Shown here in pieces: positions 11,869 to 24,200 of a stretch of 64,000 nt of DNA. How positions within the stretch are numbered: position 1 is the first letter of the stretch; each line of letters opens with the position of its first letter. Made by a program: the position numbers and the translations under genes. The stretch comes from Eledone cirrhosa (taxonomy: Eukaryota). The DNA lies in NCBI GenBank assembly GCA_964016885.1, contig OZ024755.1, positions 35,712,001 through 35,776,000 of the forward strand, read 5' to 3'. Below the pieces are notes generated by a model. It had not been told where the DNA came from, searched no databases, and worked only from the letters and a program-made list of their open reading frames with translations.

Positions 11869-12133
11869 TTGAGGCACCAACTTTACAGAGAAAGGGGTGG
11901 TGTTGGTGGGAGTGGGTAGATGGAGTAGGGGTAGTGGGTAGGGACATATATTTGGTTAAGTGGTGCCTACTGACTGCAGGTTTCGCTTTGTACATAGGCA
12001 AGGCGGTTGACATCTCTTATGTGTGTGTGTATATATGTGTGTGTGTATATAGATATGTCTGTGTGCATATATATATGTTTATATATGAGTGCGTATCTAT
12101 ATAAATGTGCATGTGTGTGTGTGTATGTACATA

Positions 12134-12193
<60 letters not shown>

Positions 12194-12428
12194 CCAAGGC
12201 GATAATACAAAAAGATTTACCATCTTTCGGTTGCTCTTATTACTCATTCAATAAGAAAAAGTTTTTATATTAAATACGTGCTGACCATTCTCAGAGTGCT
12301 AACATAGTGTATGTTTCTAACAGAGTTGGTTGCACACTGAATAGTCCCAGACTCATTATTTTTATCTAAAGACATTTTTTCCAATTACACTCCGCCCGTC
12401 CCCTCAATCTATCTTATTTCTCATTCTT

Positions 12429-12464
12429 TCTTCTGATGAAGGACTGGCGTCTGAAACGTTAAGA
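12429..12464 (+). ncRNA. Minimal hammerhead ribozyme in a PLE-like terminal fragment (12355-12560)
   Basis: tctt-CTGATGA-a-ggac(tggc)gtct-GAAA-cgt-T-aaga; the flanking ~200 bp recurs at 45787-45985 with a degenerate core (GAAAAGTT). Confidence 0.65.
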
Positions 12465-12557
12465 CCCTCTTCCTGCTATATCAAGCGTTAATCGGATATA
12501 TCCCTTCCATATACTGTACCGATTGTGTTGTTGTTTCTGTTTACCTTTTACATACAA

Positions 12558-12635
<78 letters not shown>

Positions 12636-12719
12636 TCATCATTATCATCATGATCATCATTTTACGTCCGCTTTTCCCTGCTTGCAAGGGTGGGAGGGGA
12701 ATTGATTTTGGCTTGATTT

Positions 12720-13190
12720 CTACACACTTACACCTCTCCAAGACAATGTCACTGGACCGAGATCTTTGGCGCTACACAGTAATAGAGAAGACCCGCCTTA
12801 CCTAAATACAAAGTAAAACCTACTACAGTCAGTAGGCACCTCTAACAAAATACACCCCCGTCCCACTACCCCCACCCCATCCACACCACCCCTTGCAATG
12901 TAAAGTTATGTTGGTACCACAACATCCAGGCCGAAACAAATGAGGTCGTGTAGGTGTCACGACAAAAAAACACACAGTCCATGCTGTAATGTGGCCGTGT
13001 AGGTAACACGGTAAAAACCTCCCAGCCCCACACTGTAGATGTGGTTGGTGTTAGGAAGGGCATCCAACTGTAGAAAACCTGCCAGACAGTCCTATGCGAG
13101 CAAGACAATCACTCTTGCCTCAAGTGGGACTACCCCCGTCCAAACCCATGCAAGCGTGGAACACGGACGTTAAACGTTGATGATGATGAT
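12720..13190 (+). mobile_element. RTE LINE 3' end (last codons + 3' UTR)
   Basis: Matches 9221-9690 (cacacttacacctctccaagacaatg...ggacgttaaacgttgatgat). Confidence 0.88.
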
Positions 13191-13589
13191 ATGTGCGTCT
13201 GTGTGTATAATGATGGGCACATGCTGCCAGTAATGTTGGCAATAGCGTTGAATGTATTTTAAATTGAGGAATGTTAGCATCTAGCATCTTAGTTGAGTGT
13301 GGAAGTTGTAATAGAATTTAGCTATCAACTAAGAAAATTACACAGAATTGGTATGTTGCAGCATGTCTCCACAGTTCTTTGTGATACAGAGAAAACTATG
13401 TTATATATTACAGTTACATTGACACTTTTTTCCAAGATATTTTTCCAAACTCATTCTTGAGAGATAGCAATGCAAGGAGAGTGGGGTAGGGTGGAGGGGC
13501 CGGGACAAGACAGGAGACTTTTTTTTTTTAACACTAAAAGATAACATCAAGTAAAATGAAATAATTTGCAATAAAAAAGATACAACAAC

Positions 13590-13640
<51 letters not shown>

Positions 13641-14501
13641 CAACAACAATGATAAAAAGAATGACAGAAATTCACTTCGAAAATAATTACTGTTCTTAAA
13701 ACTGTAATTTTAAAGCAGGCATTTTTTGAAATGGAAATGAAATAATCAGTGGCATCACCATCATCACTACCATCATCACCATCATCATTATCACCATCAT
13801 CACCAAAACTACTACTACCACCACCACCACCACCATCAACACTACTACTATCATCATCACCACCACCACCATTCAAAACTACTATCATTATCATCACCAC
13901 CACCACCATTCAAAACTACTGCTACCACCATCACCACCACCACCATCATCAAAACTACCACGACCGCCATCACACCACCACCGAAACTACTACTATCACC
14001 ACCGAACCTACTACTCCCACCACCACCAACACCACCATCCTCTTACAATACTGACAAACCATCAATACCACTAATCATTACATCACAATGGCGGTAGATT
14101 GGCAGTATCAGTAGAGCGTCGGACAGTATGCTTTGCAGCACAGAGTAACGGCTCTTTACCTTCTGAGTTCAAATCCCGCCGAGGTTAGCTTTGTCTTTCA
14201 TCTTTACAGGGCTGATAAAATAAAGTACCAGTAACACACTGGGGTCGATCTAATCGACTTTCTCCTCCCACAATATTGCTGGCCTTGTGCGTAAATCTGA
14301 AATAATTATATCACCAGCAATAAATCAACATTTTGGATTGATACCATTAATCTCAATCAGTTCCACTCAAGTGATACCATTACGGTTAGTTCCACTCATT
14401 GTAAGAGTACAGTGAAATCGTTAGTATCTGCTGTAGCATTGTTGCAGTTGTTCTTTGCTAATAAACTATTTCATTGTAAGGAGATCAGAGAATCACACCA
14501 G

Positions 14502-16437
14502 GTAGAGCTGCCACTACTGTGAACTGAGAGATCATAGTTCTGATACTATGGACATGGGGTTAGAATGTCTCAAGAAAGAATCACTGGTGAGTCACTCCAG
14601 GTAGAGCTGCCACTTCTGTGAACTGAGAGATCATAGTTCTGATTCTATGGACATGGGGTTAGAATCTCTCAAGAAAGAATCACTGGTGAGTCACTCCAGG
14701 TAGAGCTGCCACAACTGTGAACTGAGAGATCATAGTTCTGATACTATGGACATGGGGTTAGAATGTCTCAAGAAAGAATCACTGGTGAGTCACTCCAGGT
14801 AGAGCTGCCACTTCTGTGAACTGAGAGATCATAGTTCTGATACTATGGACATGGGGTTAGAATGTCTCAAGAAAGAATCACTGGAGAGTCACTCCAGGTA
14901 GAGCTGCTACTTCTCCGAATTGAGAGATCAAAGCTCCGATACTATGGACATGTGGTTAGGATGTCTCAGGAAAGAATCACTGGAGAGTCACTCCAGGCAG
15001 AGCTGCTACTTCTCCGAATTGAGAGATCAGAGCTCTGATACTATGGACATGTGGTTAGAATGTCTCAGGAAAGAATCACTGGAGTATCACTCCAGGTAGA
15101 GCTGCCACTTCTGTGAACTGAGAGATCATAGTTCTGATACTATGGACATGTAGTTAGAATCTCTCAAGAAAGAATCACTGGTGAGTCACTCTAGGTAGAG
15201 CTGCTACTTTTCCGAATTGAGAGATCACAGCTCTGATACTATGGACATGTGGTTAGGATGTCTCAGGAAAGAATCACTGGAGAGTCACTCCAGGCAGAGC
15301 TGCTACTTCTCCGAATTGAGAGATCAGAGCTCTGATACTATGGACATGTGGTTAGAATGTCTCAGGAAAGAATCACTGGAGAATCACTCCAGGTAGAGCT
15401 GCTACTTCTCCGAATTGAGAGATCACAGCTCTGATACTAAGGACATGTGGTTAGGATGTCTCAGGAAAGAATCACTGGAGAGTCACTCCAGGTAGAGCTG
15501 CTACTTCTCCGAATTGAGAGATCACAGCTCTGATACTATGGACATGTGTTTAGGATGTCTCAGGAAAGAATCACTGGAGAGTCACTCCAGGTAGAGCTGC
15601 TACTTCTCCGAATTGAGAGATCACAGCTCCGATACTATGGACATGTGGTTAGGATGTCTCAGGAAAGAATCACTGGAGAATCACTCCAGGTAGAGATGCT
15701 ACTTCTGTGAATCGAGAGATCACAGCTCTGATACTATGGACATGGGGTTAGAATGTCTCAGGAAAGAATCACTGGAGAGTCACTCCAGGAAGAGCTGCTA
15801 CTTCTCTGAACTGAGAAATCACAGCTCTGATACTATGGACATGGGGTTAGAATGTCTCAAGAAAGAATCACTGGAGAGGCACTCCAGGTAGAGCTGCTAC
15901 TTCTCCGAATTGAGGATCACAGCTCCGATACTATGGGCATGTGGTTAGAATGTCTCAGGAAAGAGTCACTGGAGAGTCACTCCAGGTAGAGCCTCTACTT
16001 CTCTGAATTGAGAGATCACAGCTCTGATACTATAGACAGGTGGTTAGAATGTCTCAGGGAAGAATCACTGGAGAGTCACTCCAGGTAGAGCTGCTACTTC
16101 ACCGAATTGAGAGATCACAGCTCCGATACTATGGACATGTGGTTAGGATGTCTCAAGAAAGAATCACTGGAGAGTCACTCTAGGTAGAGCTGCTACTTCT
16201 CTGAACTGAGAGATCACAGCCCTGATTTAGAATGTCTCAGGAAAGAGTCACTGGAGAGTCACTCCAGGTAGAGCTGCTACTTCTCCCAATTGAGAGATCA
16301 CAGCTCTGATACTATGGACAGGTGGCTAGAATGTCTCAGGAAAGAATCACTGGAGAGACACTCCAGGTAGAGCTGCTACTTCTCTGAATTGAGAGATCAC
16401 AGCACTGATACTATGGACATGTGGTTAGAATGTCTCA
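14502..16437. repeat. 99-bp minisatellite (~19-20 copies)
   Basis: gtagagctg recurs at 14502, 14601, 14700...; stops in all six frames. Confidence 0.95.
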
Positions 16438-16446
16438 CATACACAT

Positions 16447-16499
<53 letters not shown>

Positions 16500-17197
16500 C
16501 ACACATATATATATACACACAAACATACACATACATACACATATATGCATATACATATAAACGCATGTACACACAAACATACTCATACATATGTACGGTC
16601 ACTCATACAAATACGTACAAACATACACTCATAAATATACACATATATACAGTATAAAGGTGAAGTACGCTCTACATGTGTGTACGTGTGTAAGTGGGCA
16701 TGTGTGTAAATGTGTTTGTCAACACCTGGAACATATATTAAGAGAAACTTCACAATATGGGGGTTCACTCCAACACTTGAATCTGTTGATGGAACCCTTT
16801 CTGCCTTTGTCACACTTATTTCAGCCTTAAAGAACTCTAAAGAATTTCCCTTTTCTTTAAACCATTGAACCCCACCCATCCTGTAGACACCTGTCTTACA
16901 GCCATTGTTAGTCTAAGTGATAAACAAGGGTTGGTATTCCAATTTTGATTGCTTACTGTATTCTTTCTGCCTTTGTTAATTTTATAGCTTTAAAGAATTA
17001 CCTTTTAGTGAACTCCCTTTTCTTTAAATCCTTCAACCAATGACCTCCACCCATCTCAATCCCACCCTCTCCTACCACCAGATAAGGAAAGATATAAACA
17101 CTACCACTTATTTGGACAGCCAGCTTCCTGATGATTTCTCACGAATGAAACAGTTCCAGTCCTGTAGAAGCTCTTCTATATTAAAACTATATATATA

Positions 17198-18661
17198 TCA
17201 TCATCATCAACTTTTAACGTCCGTGTTCCACGCTTGCATGGGTTTGGACGGGGGTTTTCCCACTTGAGGCAAGAGTGATTATCTTGCTCGCATAGGACTA
17301 TCTGGCGGGTTTTCTACAGCTCGATGCCCTTCCTAACACCAACCACATTTACAGTGTGGGGCTGGGAGGTTTTTACCGTGTTCCCTACACGGCCACATTA
17401 CAGCGTGAACTGTGTGTTTTTTTTACGTGATACCTACACGATCTCATTTGTTTCGGCCTGGATGTTGTGGCACCAACATAACTTTACATTGAAAGGGGCG
17501 GTGTGGATGGGGTGGGGGTGGTGGGACGGGGGTGTATTTTGTTAGAGATGCCTACTGACTGTAGTAGGTTTTACTTTGTATTTAAGTAAGGCGGGTCTTC
17601 TCTATTACTGAGTACCGCCAAAGGTCTCGGTCCAGTGACATTGTCTTGGTGAGGTGTAAGTGTGTGAGGTCGGAATTTATCAGCTCGTCCCAGGTTTTTC
17701 TGGGTCTGCCTATTTCGTGGCTACCGTCTATCTTTATTGCCCTGCACTTTGTTATACAGCTATCGCCCTTCATGCGCATCACGTGACCATACCAACGTAG
17801 CCTTCTCTCGAGTAAACAACATCTGATCCCTCTTATTTCTAATTTTTTCCTTAGTTTGTTTATGCTTTGCCGTTCACGTATATTACTATTACACATCCAG
17901 CGGAGCATGCAAGCTTCGTTTCTCTCTAGTCTGCGTATATCCTCTGCACACAATGCCCAGGTCTCACTGCCATGCAACATTGCTGTTCGTATGCAGGCAT
18001 CGTACAACCTGCCTTTCATTTTTAGGAAGAACCCTTTAGCGGCTAATAGTGGTATAAGCTCTCTGAACTTTTTCCATCCAGTTCTGACTCTAGCTACTGT
18101 ACTTTCAGAGCACCCTCCCCCACTGCTGATTTTGTCACCCAGGTAACGGAAGCTGTCCACTATTTCTATAGAACCCTCTGCGCAGTTGAAAGAGCTAGTA
18201 TTTTGTGGGCACTTGCTGCTACTTATTGCACCAGAGCACCGGCCACATGTAAAATCTATGTTCTTAGTTAGCTTACCTGTGATCCCACTACATCTTTTAT
18301 GCACCCATACTTTGCATTTGGGACACAAAATGGAGTTTCTACCTACGCCTTTCCTACACACTGAGCATGGCCACTTCCCGGAAGGGACCACCGCCTTATT
18401 TTCTTTCTTACAAACTAGAACTTTAGTCTTAGCCAGGTTAATTTTAAGGCCTTTTGATTCTAGGCCATGCTTCCATGTTTGGAATATCTTCTCTAGCTCG
18501 GCCATTGATTCAGCTATGAGTGTTAGGTCATCTGCGTATAGGAGTTCCCATGGGCAACCGGTCTTGAACTCCTCTGTTATAGCCTGAAGGGCAATAATAA
18601 ATAGTAGGGGACTGAGAACAGAGCCCTGATGGACGCCAACTTTTACGCTAAAATCTTCCAA
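17198..18661 (-). mobile_element. 5'-truncated RTE-clade LINE, same family as 8370-9712
   Basis: ORF 17582-18661 with GVHQGSVLSPLLF and YADD RT motifs, otherwise nearly identical protein to the 8381 ORF; same 3' UTR and (GAT)n tail. Confidence 0.94.
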
Positions 18662-18782
18662 CGCTAAACTCTTCTTATATATATATATATATATATAACG
18701 GTCCAGGAAAAAAGAGTGCTCTACGTAGGTTACAGAGCTTATTAGTTATGTAATAACTAATGTTTTTATAACACCAGGACTT

Positions 18783-18842
18783 TTTCATTCTGACGACTGA
18801 AAGCAGATTTGTTTGCTTTCAAGAAACCACTGGTAAATGAAA
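18783..18842 (+). ncRNA. Type I hammerhead ribozyme
   Basis: Stem I tttcatt/aatgaaa; CTGACGA 18790-18796; stem II tgaaagca/tgctttca; GAAA 18823-18826; stem III acc-act-ggt; GUA triplet. The stem II closing pair is a non-canonical C.A. Confidence 0.8.
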
Positions 18843-18871
18843 TAATTATCTTATGTTGTTTATTACATAAC

Positions 18872-18925
<54 letters not shown>

Positions 18926-19529
18926 CATGTCTGTGTATATTTTAATTAAAAATAATTTTTAAGTGAACATGATTTTAAAAATATATATTTAAGTGAATGT
19001 GACCCAAAAGGTCACAGGTAGTCTAGTTGAATCTAATTTTTTCCCCCAACTAAATGGAATGGAAGAATATGAAATAAAATGCCTTGCTCAACCTAGAAAT
19101 CAAACGCCCGACTTTACAATTGTCAGCCAAATACCTTTACTACTAAGCCCCCAACTTTCATACACAGACAAACACATAAGAGAGAGATACTTGTTACTGA
19201 ATAAAAATAAACATCTGCAGTATTAGAATGGCAAAGCATTGGTCAATGGGTTTGAATAGCCTCCACCCCTCCTTATTGAAATTACTCAAATTCCTGTTCC
19301 CAAGTACTACATTGTTGCAGAAATCAGGTAAATGGCCACCAGACAAACCAGCAAGATTGACAGACAATCTTTTTGTCAAAAGCAAATGGAAGAAAAATGC
19401 AAAAAAAATATAATATAAAAAAAAACAATCAATAAAATAGTAATACAACAACAATAATAATAAATGACTGAGACTCCAAGAAAATAACTGCGATAACAAT
19501 TGTTTCTACTTTAGATAACAATAATAATA

Positions 19530-20325
19530 ATGATAATATTTCTAATTTTGGCACAAGGCCAGCAATTATCCCAGTACATTACTGGTACTTTATTTTATCG
19601 ACCCCGTAAGGATGAAAGGCAAAGTTAACCTCGGTGGGATTTGAACTCAGATAATAAAGGGCCGTAACTCTATGCTGCAAAGCATGGCGCTCGACACTCT
19701 ACCGATACTGAATAATAATAATTGTTTCTACTTTAGGCACAAGGCCAGCAATTACCCAGTGCATTACTGGTACTTTATTTTATCGACCCCGTAAGGATGA
19801 AAGGCAAAGTCAACCTTGGCGGGATTTGAACTCAGATCGTAAAGGGCCGTAACTCTATGCTGTAAAGCATGGCGTCCGACCCTCTACCGATACTGCCAAT
19901 CCACTGCCCATACTGAATAATAATAATACTGAATAATAATAATGACAATATTTCTAATTTTGGCACAAGGCCAGCAATTACACCAGTGCATTACTGGTTC
20001 TTTATTTTATCGACCCCCGTAAGGATGAAAGGTAAAGTTAACCTCGGCGGGATTTGAACTTAGAACGTAAGGGGCCGTAACTCTATGCTACAATACATGG
20101 CGTCCGACCCTCTACCAATACTGCCAATCCACCCTCATAGGCACAAGGCCAGCAATTTTGGAGGGAGGGGAAAGTTGACTAAACCGACCCCAGTGCGTGA
20201 CTGGTACTATATTTTATCGACCCTGTAAGGATGAAAGGCAAAGTTAACCGCGGCGGGATTTGAACTCAGAAAGTAAAGAGCCATAACTCTATACTGCAAA
20301 GCATGTTGTCCGACACCCTACCATG
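19530..20325 (-). mobile_element. Tandem cluster of four family A SINEs
   Basis: Four successive ggcacaaggccagcaatt...gaccctctacc units, mostly separated by (AAT)n. Confidence 0.85.
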
Positions 20326-20519
20326 ATAAAAAATAAGTTTTTTTTCCCTCTCTTCTTTAGGAAAAGACAAAGGATTTCTAAAAATGGGAGATGAAAGCTA
20401 AAATATGCCCCCCCCCGTTATACTTGGGGGGTGGGGCGGGGTGGGGGGCACAAATAAAAGAAGAAAAAAGACAGAAAAATCTAGCCATTTTTGTTAAAAG
20501 GTGTTAGAAGTGATGTTGG

Positions 20520-21215
20520 GAGGAGTGTGTGTGTGTGTATGTGTGTGTGTGTGTAGAGGAGTGTGATTGTGAGTGTGTGTGTAAAGGAGAATGATTGTGA
20601 GTGTGTGTGTGTGTGTGTGTGTAAAGGAGAATGATTGTGAGTGTGTGTGTGTAAAGGAGAATGATTGTGAGTGTGTGTGTGTGTGTGTGTGTGTAAAGGA
20701 GAATGATTGTGGTTGTGTGTACGTGTGTACAGGAGAGTGATTGTGGGTGTATGTACGTGTGTACAGGAGAGTGTGTGTGAGTGTGTACAGGAGAGTGATT
20801 GTGCGTGTGAGTGTGTACAGGAAAGTGTGTGTGTATGTGTGTGTACAGGAGTGTGTATGTGTGTGTTCAGGAGAGTGTGTGTGTATGTGTGTATGTGTGT
20901 GTACAGGAGAGAGTGTGTATGTGTGTGTACAGGAAAGTGTGTGTGTATGTGTATGTGTACAGGAGAGTGTGTGTGTGTGTGTGTGTGTTCAGGAGAGTGT
21001 GTGTGTACAGGAAAGTGTGTGTGTATGTGTGTTCAGGAGAGTGTGTGTGTGTATGTGTGTGTTCAGGAGAGTGTATGTGTATGTGTGTGTACAGGAGAGT
21101 GTATGTGTATGTGTGTGTGCAGGAGAGTGTGTGTGTGTTCAGGAGAGTGTGTGTGTGTGTTCAGGAGAGTGTGTGTGAGTGTGTACAGGAGAGTGTGTGT
21201 GAGTGTGTACAGGCG
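20520..21215. repeat. Compound (GT)n microsatellite with caggaga spacers
   Basis: Direct reading. Confidence 0.93.
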
Positions 21216-21286
21216 AGTCATTATGAACAACATAACCTTCTGTCTTTAAATCCAGATTTGCTTTTGGCTAAAATCTATTCTATTCT

Positions 21287-24200
21287 GTTGTAATGTTTGT
21301 GTTGTGTTGTTAGTTATTACTTCTGGTTGTAATGTCTGTGTTGTGTTGTTAGTTATTACTACTTCTAGTTGTAATGTTTGTGTTGTGTTGTTAGTTATTA
21401 CTTCTGGTTGTAATGTCTGTGTTGTGTTGTTAGTTATTACTACTTCTAGTTGTAATGTATGTGTTGTGTTGTTAGTTATTACTACTTCTAGTTGTAATGT
21501 CTGTGTTGTGTTGTTAGTTATTACTACTTCTAGTTGTAATGTTTGTGTTGTGTTGTTAGTTATTACTTCTGGTTGTAATGTCTGTGTTATGTTGTTAGTT
21601 ATTACTACTTCTAGTTGTAATGTCTGTGTTGTGTTGTTAGTTATTACTTCTGGTTGTAATGTCTGTGTTGTGTTGTTAGTTAGTTATTACTTCTGGTTGT
21701 AATGTCTGTGTTGTGTTGTTAGTTATTACTTCTGGTTGTAATGTCTGTGTTGTGTTGTTAGTTATTACTTCTGGTTGTAATGTCTGTGTTGTGTTGTTAG
21801 TTAGTTATTACTTCTGGTTGTAATGTCTGTGTTGTGTTGTTAGTTAGTTACTACTTCTGGTTGTAATGTCTGTGTTGTGTTGTTAGTTATTACTACTTCT
21901 AGTTGTAATGTCTGTGTTGTGTTGTTAGTTAGTTACTACTTCTAGTTGTAATGTCTGTGTTGTGTTGTTAGTTATTACTACTTCTAGTTGTAATGTCTGC
22001 GTTGTGTTGTTAGTTAGTTAGTTACTACTTCTAGTTGTACTGTCTGTGTTGTTAGTTATTACTACTTCTGGTTGTAATGTCTGCGTTGTGTTGTTAGTTA
22101 TTACTACTTCTAGTTGTAATGTCTGTGTTGTGTTGTTAGTTATTACTACTTCTAGTTGTAATGTCTGTGTTGTGTTGTTAGTTATTACTACTTCTAGTTG
22201 TAATGTCTGTGTTGTGTTGTTAGTTATTACTACTTCTAGTTGTAATGGCTGTGTTGTGTTGTTAGTTATTACTACTTCTAGTTGTAATGTCTGTGTTGTG
22301 TTGTTAGTTATTACTACTTCTGGTTGTAATGTCTGTGTTGTGTTCTTAGTTATTACTACTTCTGGTTGTAATGTCTGTGTTGTGTTGTTAGTTATTACTA
22401 CTTCTAGTTGTAATGTCTGTGTTGTGTTGTTAGTTATTACTACTTCTAGTTGTAATGTGTGTGTTGTGTTGTTAGTTATTACTACTTCTAGTTGTAATGT
22501 CTGTGTTGTGTTGTTAGTTATTACTACTTCTGGTTGTAATGTCTGTGTTGTGTTCTTAGTTATTACTACTTCTGGTTGTAATGTCTGTGTTGTGTTCTTA
22601 GTTATTACTACTTCTGGTTGTAATGTCTGTGTTGTGTTGTTAGTTATTACTACTTCTAGTTGTAATGTCTGTGTTGTGTTGTTAGTTATTACTACTTCTA
22701 GTTGTAATGTCTGTGTTGTGTTGTTAGTTATTACTACTTCTAGTTGTAATGTGTGTGTTGTGTTGTTAGTTATTACTACTTCTAGTTGTAATGTCTGTGT
22801 TGTGTTGTTAGTTATTACTACTTCTGGTTGTAATGTCTGTGTTGTGTTCTTAGTTATTACTACTTCTGGTTGTAATGTCTGTGTTGTGTTGTTAGTTATT
22901 ACTACTTCTAGTTGTAATGTGTGTGTTGTGTTGTTAGTTATTACTACTTCTAGTTGTAATGTTTGTGTTGTGTTGTTAGTTATTACTACTTCTGGTTGTA
23001 ATGTCTGTGTTGTGTTGTTAGTTATTACTACTTCTAGTTGTAATGTCTGTTTTGTGTTGTTAATTATTACTACTTCTAGTTGTAATGTCTGTGTTGTGTT
23101 GTTAGTTATTACTACTTCTAGTTGTAATGTCTGTTTTGTGTTGTTAGTTATTACTACTTCTGGTTGTAATGTCTGTGTTGTGTTGTTAGTTATTACTACT
23201 TCTAGTTGTAATGTCTGTTTTGTGTTGTTAGTTATTACTACTTCTGGTTGTAATGTCTGTGTTGTGTTGTTAGTTACTACTTCTGGTTGTAATGTCTGTG
23301 TTGTGTTGTTAGTTATTACTTCTAGTTGTAATGTCTGTATTGTGTTGTTAGTTATTACTACTTCTGGTTGTAATGTCTGTGTTGTGTTGTTAGTTATTAC
23401 TACTTCTAGTTGTAATGTCTGTGTTGTGTTGTTAGTTATTACTACTTCTAGTTGTAATGTGTGTGTTGTGTTGTTAGTTATTACTACTTCTAGTTGTAAT
23501 GTCTGTGTTGTGTTGTTAGTTATTACTACATCTGGTTGTAATGTCTGTTTTGTGTTGTTAGTTATTACTACTTCTAGTTGTAATGTCTATTTTGTGTTGT
23601 TAGTTATTACTACTTCTGGTTGTAATGTCTGTGTTGTGTTAGTTATTACTTCTAGTTGTAATGTCTGTATTGTGTTGTTAGTTATTACTACTTCTGGTTG
23701 TAATGTCTGTGTTGTGTTGTTAGTTATTACTACTTCTAGTTTTAATGTCTGTGTTGTGTTGTTAGTTATTACTACTTCTAGTTGTAATGTCTGTGTTGTG
23801 TTGTTAGTTAGTTACTACTTCTAGTTGTAATGTCTGTGTTGTGTTGTTAGTTATTACTACTTCTAGTTGTAATGTCTGTGTTGTGTTGTTAGTTAATACT
23901 ACTTCTGGTTGTAATGTCTGTGTTGTGTTGTTAGTTATTACTACTTCTAGTTGTAATGTCTGTGTTGTGTTGTTAGTTAGTTACTACTTCTAGTTGTAAT
24001 GTCTGTGTTGTGTTGTTAGTTATTACTACTTCTAGTTGTAATGTCTGTGTTGTGTTGTTAGTTATTACTACTTCTAGTTGTAATGGCTGTGTTGTGTTGT
24101 TAGTTATTACTACTTCTAGTTGTAATGTCTGTGTTGTGTTGTTAGTTATTACTTCTAGTTGTAACGTCTGTGTTGTGTTGTTAGTTATTACTACTTCTAG

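Noticed and set aside
10435-12013. 494/468-aa Cys/His-rich repeat ORFs resembling metal-binding proteins
   Set aside because: Open on both strands because the retroposon-derived unit is a multiple of 3.
14920-14990. Hammerhead in the 99-bp repeat
   Set aside because: CTGATAC/CCGATAC does not fit CUGAnGA and there is no stem III with an NUH site.
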